DNA from: Octopus vulgaris
Lineage: Eukaryota
Direction: 5' to 3'
NCBI GenBank assembly: GCA_951406725.2
Contig: OX597819.1
Span: 44,702,001-44,766,000 of the forward strand
Length of the DNA: 64,000 nt
Shown: positions 55,904-64,000 of the stretch, one piece after another
Layout of the letters: each line of letters opens with the position of its first letter
Position numbering within the stretch: position 1 is the first letter of the stretch
Translations under genes and position numbers: made by a program
Notes under the pieces: generated by a model
The model's database searches: none
Told to the model about the DNA's origin: nothing
Seen by the model: the letters and a program-made list of their open reading frames with translations, nothing else

Positions 55904-57257
55904 CGCACACAGACACACACTCTCTCTGACTTCCCCTGTCTGTTTCTGACCACCAACCACCAACACCACCAACCACCAACACCACCACCATCAATCTTTT
56001 TCAGTTAGCGTGGGAGTATATGACTGTCGTGATTTAGAGTTAGATATATAGATAGTGAGTGTGACAGAGTGAGAGAGAGAAAGGGAGAGAGAGAGAGAGA
56101 GAGAGATAATAAAAGAAATTTAGAGTTTTCTGTGGGTCGGTATATTTGTAGGTTATAACCAGATAAGTGGATATATATTGAGATAAGTATAGCTGTATAT
56201 ACTAACAAAACGAAAGAGGTACAGAAAGGGAGATTACGTGTCGTCTTCCGGTTCAGAATATTTTTGTTTTTGTATGTGTTTGTACATATGTAAGTGTGTG
56301 TGAGGTTGTGTATGTATGTGCTTTTTTGCCTCATAGTCTAAATGCTGCGTATTTATGTGAGAATGCACGAGATAACATGAGGTAAAAACGAGATTTGGGG
56401 GATAATGTAATGTGCAAACGACGGCGAGAGATTTGATTGTTTTATTATATTTTATTTTATTTTATTTTATTTTATTTTATTTTATTTAAGCATGACTGTG
56501 GGAGGCGGAGATAAAGTTAGTGAACTCAAAAAAGAGAAGAAAAATAGGAATAAAATTTTGAGAGATAGAATAAAAACAAGTTCCCTCAGCAAATATTAAT
56601 AAAAGGCTTTTAGTTAACTTCGTGTGTGTTAGAGTGTGTGAGACTAAACGTATATTCTAATCACAGATGATGTTCTGTTCAATATTAAAGTTTAAACATT
56701 CAGCCTCTCAATCCTATTAAAAACTTGATCTCTTTAACTAAACATAACGTATCTTATTCTCTCTTTTTTTTTATTACTAATTTTTTTGTTTCTTTTTTAG
56801 ATAATTTATTTTATCAATGAATATATAAAAAATAATTTTGAGTTTGTAAAAATTATGTCATGAATATTATTGATATAACAGCAATAATGATAACTCACAA
56901 AAAATGTATGAATAAATACAATATTGATTTATATCCTGTTTTATTTATTTATTTATTTATATGTTTATTCATTTATTTACTGAGAGAGTTACAACAAGGT
57001 CACACATTTCTAATATGGGTTATATTTGATATTTAATGGAGTTGATACTTGTAAAAGAGAACTAGTTATTTTATATTTTAATTTAACCTTTTTTTTTATT
57101 TCTTTATCGACTAGAAGGAGATGAAAGTTGAATTCGCAACCCGTTGGGATTTGAACACAGAGTATAATGTTACGAAGATAAATCTGTAAGACTTGAAGTT
57201 AGCCACGTACAGGGTTTCGAAATAGAATCTGTGCATTACATATAGCATAATGAATTT

Positions 57258-57338
<81 letters not shown>

Positions 57339-57405
57339 GTATGTATATATATGTATGCATGTATAAATATATATATATATATATGTATGTATATATATAT
57401 AAATG

Positions 57406-57437
<32 letters not shown>

Positions 57438-57485
57438 CATATGTATATATATATATGTATATATATATGCATGTATCTATCTATC

Positions 57486-57545
<60 letters not shown>

Positions 57546-57921
57546 TTTGTATAGGTATGTATGCCGGAATACATCTATTTATGCACGCATATATATACAT
57601 AACTATCCGCTCACACACACACACATACACACGCAGGGGATGCAAACGTACCTAATGACATGACAGCTGATAAAGAATAATTTTATGATATTCAGAACAC
57701 CATTTATGCGTATGTATACGCGTGTATATGTGTATTTACGTATACATGTGTATGTACAAATCCGTTTGTAATTGCACATCTGCATAATTGATCAGGGGTG
57801 TATGTTCGTATTTGTTTGTGTATGTATTTGATATTTTTGTTTGAGGGATCTGTCCGTGAAACATCGCTGAATTACACTATATAGCAGGCTCACTAATACG
57901 TATTGTGCAATCTGTAAGATA

Positions 57922-58331
57922 GGCGCAGGAGTGGCTGTGTGGTAAGTAGCTTGCTAACCGACCATATGGTTCCGGGTTCAGTCCCACTGCGTGGCATCTT
58001 GGGCAAGTGTCTTCTGCTATAGTCCCGGGCCGACCAATGCCTTGTGAGTGGATTTGATAGACGGAAACTGAAAGAAGCCCGTCGTATATATGTATATATA
58101 TGTATGCGTGTGTGTGTTTGTGTGTCTGTGTTTATCCCCCTAGCATTGCTTGACAACCGATGCTGGTGTGTTTACGTCCCCGTAACTTAGCGGTTCGGCA
58201 AAAGAGACCGATAGAATAAGTACTGGGCTTACAAAGAATAAGTCCCGGGGTCGATTTGCTCGACTAAAGGCAGTGTTCCAGCATGGCCGCAGTCAAATGA
58301 CAAGTAAAAGAGTAAAAGAGTAAAGAGTAAA
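57922..58331 (+). mobile_element. SINE A, full length, young-looking, with (GAGTAAA)n tail
   Basis: Colinear with and highly similar to 1978-2432. Confidence 0.92.
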
Positions 58332-58703
58332 TAGCAGGAACTTTGCCTTGTGATATTCAACTACAAGCGTTAATCTATGTGCTAGGTTCAAATCCTGTCT
58401 AGGTCACATTTAACTTTTTCCTTCCGTGATCGATAAAATAAAATAGCAGTTGAAAGTCGTTTGTGGTCTAGTGCGTCTTATCAGAAATCTTTATATTATG
58501 GTCGCTTCCTGAAGATAGATTTCTTTTATGATTTTGTTCTTATTTTAACACCCTCATTGATCTAGTAATTTTCTTTCTTATATATAATTGTTAGAGTTCA
58601 TAGTGGCTTATATAATTATATACTATAACACAGTACAATTATACTACACTCGCATAGCCCCACCCCACATATACGGTTATATGCATTCTCAAATTCTTAT
58701 GTA

Positions 58704-58739
<36 letters not shown>

Positions 58740-58760
58740 CATACATATATACACACACAT

Positions 58761-58831
<71 letters not shown>

Positions 58832-59038
58832 CGTACTCACATACACATATTTTTGTGTATATATGTATATGTAAATACATAGAAAGAGTAATACCATTTG
58901 ATCTTCCTTCATCTATCTATTTATCTATCCATCTATCTATCTCGCGCTCTATATAAATGTATATGTATATGTGTATATACATATACATATATCTGCATAT
59001 ATATATTTGTGTGTGTGAGTTTATGAATATGTATACGC

Positions 59039-59099
<61 letters not shown>

Positions 59100-59578
59100 C
59101 CTATAAAGAAATATACGTATACACATACATGTGCACATAAACGTGTGTTTATATTTGCACGTACAAATCTATATTTATACAACTATATGTATAAGTGTAT
59201 GTGTGTGTGTGTGTATAACCTTACAAGTGAACGTACACGGACACAGACAAACACTGACTGACGCACGCATTTCTTCCTACGCACATTCACATACACGACA
59301 CTATATATTTGACATTTATTCTGTTATGCTTATGTATGGGATTATTATAATTCTATACTCACTTTTATTGTTCTTCTTTACGCTTATCATTTATATGTCT
59401 TTCATTGTTTAGAACACTACACGTGAGCCTGTGTTTGTAAGTACGATTCACATGCACACGCACGCACAAACTCACACACACACACACATACACAAATACG
59501 TGTACGCATTTATAGACACACCCGTAAGTACACATATGTGTGTTTATGCGCGCGTGTGTGAGTCCATATAAATATCTG

Positions 59579-59675
<97 letters not shown>

Positions 59676-59704
59676 CTATCTGTGTGTCTGTGTGTCTGTC
59701 TGTG

Positions 59705-59762
<58 letters not shown>

Positions 59763-59764
59763 AA

Positions 59765-59832
<68 letters not shown>

Positions 59833-59937
59833 CCTTTTGTTCGAAAACCACCCACCCCCTTTTTATCCCCAAAAGAAAAGCTCTACCCTGTATTTTGTCC
59901 CGTCTGTGTGCAGCCCTGTGCGGATAATAAAGAAACA

Positions 59938-60038
<101 letters not shown>

Positions 60039-60405
60039 GTTTATCTGTGTGTGTGTATAAATATTAATATGTATCAACTAGTAGGAGGAGAGAAGTGTGG
60101 GAAGTTAATTTATGACAAAAAAACATTTGTACCTCCTGTCTTTTTTATCTCTCTTTTCCCTCCTTCTCTCTATCTTCGTGTATTTGATATTGTCCTGCCT
60201 TGCCTCACGCATTATATTTATATGTATTTTGCTGCTATTCATAGTGTAAATATGTTTACCTCTTATCTTTATCACAACATTTCAATTGTCTTTGAACGTG
60301 GTCTTAAAAAAATAGCCATAGATATTGCCCACCGTGTTTCTCTCGATTTGCTGAAAATATATATGGGCTTGTGGATCGTTATGAGTACCTCAGTATACGA
60401 GGTCC

Positions 60406-60447
<42 letters not shown>

Positions 60448-60494
60448 ATGTATGTATGTATGCATGTATGTATGTATGTATGTATGTATGTATG

Positions 60495-60542
<48 letters not shown>

Positions 60543-60558
60543 TATTTATATATCCATA

Positions 60559-60621
<63 letters not shown>

Positions 60622-60971
60622 TACATATACATATATATATATACACACATATGTATATTTATGTATTTATATATGCATATACGAGTTTGTAAGCACCCCC
60701 ACACACACACACACACCAACATGCATGTGTAGGGTGTGTGTGTGTGTGAATATGTGTTATATATTCAGACCTAAGTCAATGTAATGGGCAACAGGTTCAG
60801 AATGCGGTATTGCGAAATTCCATGTACTGACATTTCTCGTGCAATCCATTTTTGATGGAAACGTGTAAAGTATCGCCTTTTCTCACCAGACTATTTATAT
60901 GAAATTTATCTATATCAATGTGTATATACTTTTATGTATACATAGGAATATATATTCATATATAGTCCTAT

Positions 60972-61051
<80 letters not shown>

Positions 61052-62203
61052 ATTCGATATCTCTGTGTGTGTATCTCTTTCCATTTTGTTATATGTGGTT
61101 CAGCTATTAGGAAGCTTGTTGGGGCAAATTAAATTTTAATACAACTCAGTGCAAATAATGCGCTCTTACTATATGTATAGATTGAAATAAATCATTGTGA
61201 TACGTGCAAAGGAATGGTTATGTGACAAATGAGTTTGTCTTTATTTATTGAGAAATAAGCATACACTTTTTTTTTTTTACTTTTTGTGTTTTTTTTTGGG
61301 TGGGGGGTTGAGTTCCTAACAGAAAAAGAAACAACAACTAAACCGGTAATAATATCGGTTAGCAATGAATTCCTGAAGCTTGAGTGGGTGATGTATTCAA
61401 ATAACTCCAATATATGAAAGTTTTTTGGTGACGTAGACGATCTCAATTGTTGAATCTGACCTGAGATTCTGTGGTTGAAAAAAAATCTCTTCAGATAATT
61501 TGCTACAACACCAAACACACATTTATAAATTTGAATTCAATTAGAAAATAGATAACCAATGATGTTAAATTAATCATGGTATAATGTATTTGCATATGCA
61601 CAGTCTTTTATCAAAGCGAGCACAAATATTTTGAATGATTTAAAGTTTCTTCATTTGGGTTTCTTTTTTTAAATTCCATTCAAAACATTGCAATAATCCA
61701 GATTTCCAGTGATAAAACAGTGAAGCAGATATTTTGCATTTTATTTGCATAGAAATTTCATAATCCTATTAAAACTATTCATATAGATTAAGCTTTCCTT
61801 GCGAATATGTCCAATGTAATCATTATAAGTAACAATCAAAACGTACCTCTAAATACTGCTCGTAAGTTGTATAAACGTTTATTGCGGATATTCAGACTCT
61901 ACTTAGATTATTATGCAAACCACACAAGTATATCTCAATTTTACTTGCGTTAAACTTATGTTTCTTGGATGTGAATCCGCTTAGGTTGTAATTCAAACAA
62001 ACTGACAGCAAAGAACCGTAATTAAGTAAATTGTGGGTATAGAAGAATGCATATAAATCTGTGCCGTCTGCGTGAACACTGTGTTTCAACTTTTAAGTCT
62101 CCATAATAATAATTAATAGCACGTTATATAATGTATATAGCGCATGGCGAAGTAATGGATCCTGCGCTACACTACAGTCAAATACCAGCAATAGCTTACA
62201 AGT

Positions 62204-62474
62204 GGAGGCACATAGCCTAGTGGTTAGAGCGGCGGACTCGCAGTCGAGGGATCGCGGGTTCGAATCTCAGACCGGGCGATGTGTATGTTTATGAGTGAAA
62301 CACCTAAGCTTCACGGGGCTCTGGCAGAAGGTAATGGGGAACTACTGCTGACTCTTTCGCCACAACTTTCTCTCACTCTTTCCTCTTGCATATTGCAGCT
62401 CACCTGCGACGGACCGGCATCCCGTCCAGGTGGGGAACCTATACGTCAAGGAAACCGGGAAACCGGCACTTATG
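62204..62474 (+). mobile_element. tRNA(Arg)-like SINE family D, tail type 2
   Basis: A box TAGCCTAGTGG, anticodon-like GACTCGCAGTC and B box GGTTCGAATCTC; body shared with 22800-22979; different 3' end CCTGCGACGGACCGGCATCCCGTCCAGG...GAAACCGGGAAACCGG. Confidence 0.85.
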
Positions 62475-62804
62475 CGAATGAAGATGACCACTTTCAAACA
62501 GTGTACTCCATTCAAGGGAAATTACAACCGATACGATACCATTTTAAGATACTAATTCAATATCATACTATAGATTAACAAGAGCTTTTTCTTAAGAACA
62601 CAAATACATCTTATATGGTGGGTGAAACGGAAGCGGATTCACTTCTACGTCGTTTTGTATAAGTTTTAGAATTAGAATTTTCCTTGATTTTTTGCAATAA
62701 AGAGTACTCTAGACACTGCTTGTTAATTTCTTTAATTCTATTTTTTTAAAGTATTCTCATATACTGGGCGGAAACCAGCAAAATGAAAAAGATATATATA
62801 TATG

Positions 62805-63040
62805 AATTTGTTAGACGAAAACTGTGCGGAATCCCGTCGAATATATATATGTCAATATTAGTGTTTCTTTCTGTCTATGTTTGCCTCACAGACGTTTTGA
62901 TAAATGCTGTTGTTTCTTTATGTCAGTGTAACTTAACAGTTCAACTTTGAAATATGTGCTTTGGGTCGATTTGTTCAAACAAAGGCCTTTATGTTGGTAC
63001 CCCAGCATGGCAGCAGTCCAATAACGGAAACAAGTAACTT
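62805..63040 (+). mobile_element. Degenerate SINE A
   Basis: TTTGTTAGACGAAAACTG...CCCGTCG...GTAACTTAACAGTTC...GGTACCCCAGCATGGCAGCAGTC...GAAACAAGTAA. Confidence 0.7.
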
Positions 63041-63117
63041 GGAAAAATTGACAAACATATCTATACATACATATTTATGTGCATATTATTATAATACGTA
63101 CATATACACACATACAT

Positions 63118-63156
<39 letters not shown>

Positions 63157-63246
63157 CACGTACATATATATATATATGTTTATATATATGTATCTATATC
63201 TATTTTTTCTTCTCCACCAGTCTCTCTTTTTATATATCTCTCTTTG

Positions 63247-63318
<72 letters not shown>

Positions 63319-63938
63319 TGCGTGCGTGCGTGGGTGTGTGTATATATATATGCATGTATGTATGTATATAGCGTGCCATCTGTGGTTTAATACCACATTA
63401 CAATGATCAATACATATTTACTAGGAAAAGAGACCGTTAAAAATGTCCACTTACCACACACTCACACACACAGGAACACATATTACTTCCTCACCCAAAC
63501 ATTTAAAAACACAGACACACACACATACTTGTGCACACATCCACACACACAAACGCACACAAACGCACACAAACACACACACTCAGATACAGCCCCCCAC
63601 ACCCACCCACACACACACGGACACATATACGCACATAGGTTAAACGCAAACATATTTACACTCACACTCAAATTCAGAAATCTGTCGCAGATTTTCAATG
63701 AAAACTACGCAATAGAAGGAGAATAAAACAACTATGCGACTGGAATATGTATGATAACGGAACGGGAAGACATTATTTAGACATTATTGTTATCGACTTG
63801 GAATCTTCAAAACATAAAGCCAAAATGATATACTGAAAATTGTTTGAATTAACTTCCATTTAGTGAGTAGAGGGTAATGCAAATATATATATACTATATA
63901 TCATAAACCACACACAGACACGCACATACACACTTATA

Positions 63939-63972
<34 letters not shown>

Positions 63973-64000
63973 GAATAAGGTTGTACGTGCTTATACATAC

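Noticed and set aside
61192-61518. 108-aa minus-strand ORF with a possible acceptor near 61469
   Set aside because: No recognisable domain, only weak donors, and it runs through poly-A-derived lysines
62204-62278. tRNA-Arg-like sequence (and similar heads at 1978, 4879, 17233, 22979 and 57922)
   Set aside because: They continue into repeated SINE bodies and lack a clean acceptor stem, so they are SINE heads rather than tRNA genes

Overview
AT-rich animal DNA packed with (TA)n, (CA)n, (TATG)n, (TCTA)n and trinucleotide microsatellites and with several tRNA-derived SINE families. The composition and SINEs suggest an octopus (coleoid cephalopod) genome; this is an inference. I recognise no intact host protein-coding gene, and almost all tracked ORFs are translated microsatellites. 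Mobile DNA includes four SINE families (labelled A-D here), a 5'-truncated but still open CR1-type LINE whose 3' tail is shared with SINE A, a tandemly duplicated decayed Helitron with RepHel/PIF1 remnants, two non-autonomous Helitrons and a DINE-1-like Helentron derivative. There are also decayed mariner, Tc1 and Tigger/pogo elements, MITEs, and a Penelope-type repeat with a minimal hammerhead-ribozyme motif. A 100-N scaffold gap lies at 7680-7779. The best non-repeat signals are a chain of minus-strand candidate exons, one holding a 35-bp hairpin (possible miRNA precursor or ADAR substrate), and a patchwork segment built from short copies of neighbouring loci. Coordinates were read by eye and may be off by a few bases. 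Nothing here demonstrates a new biological system without the checks listed.
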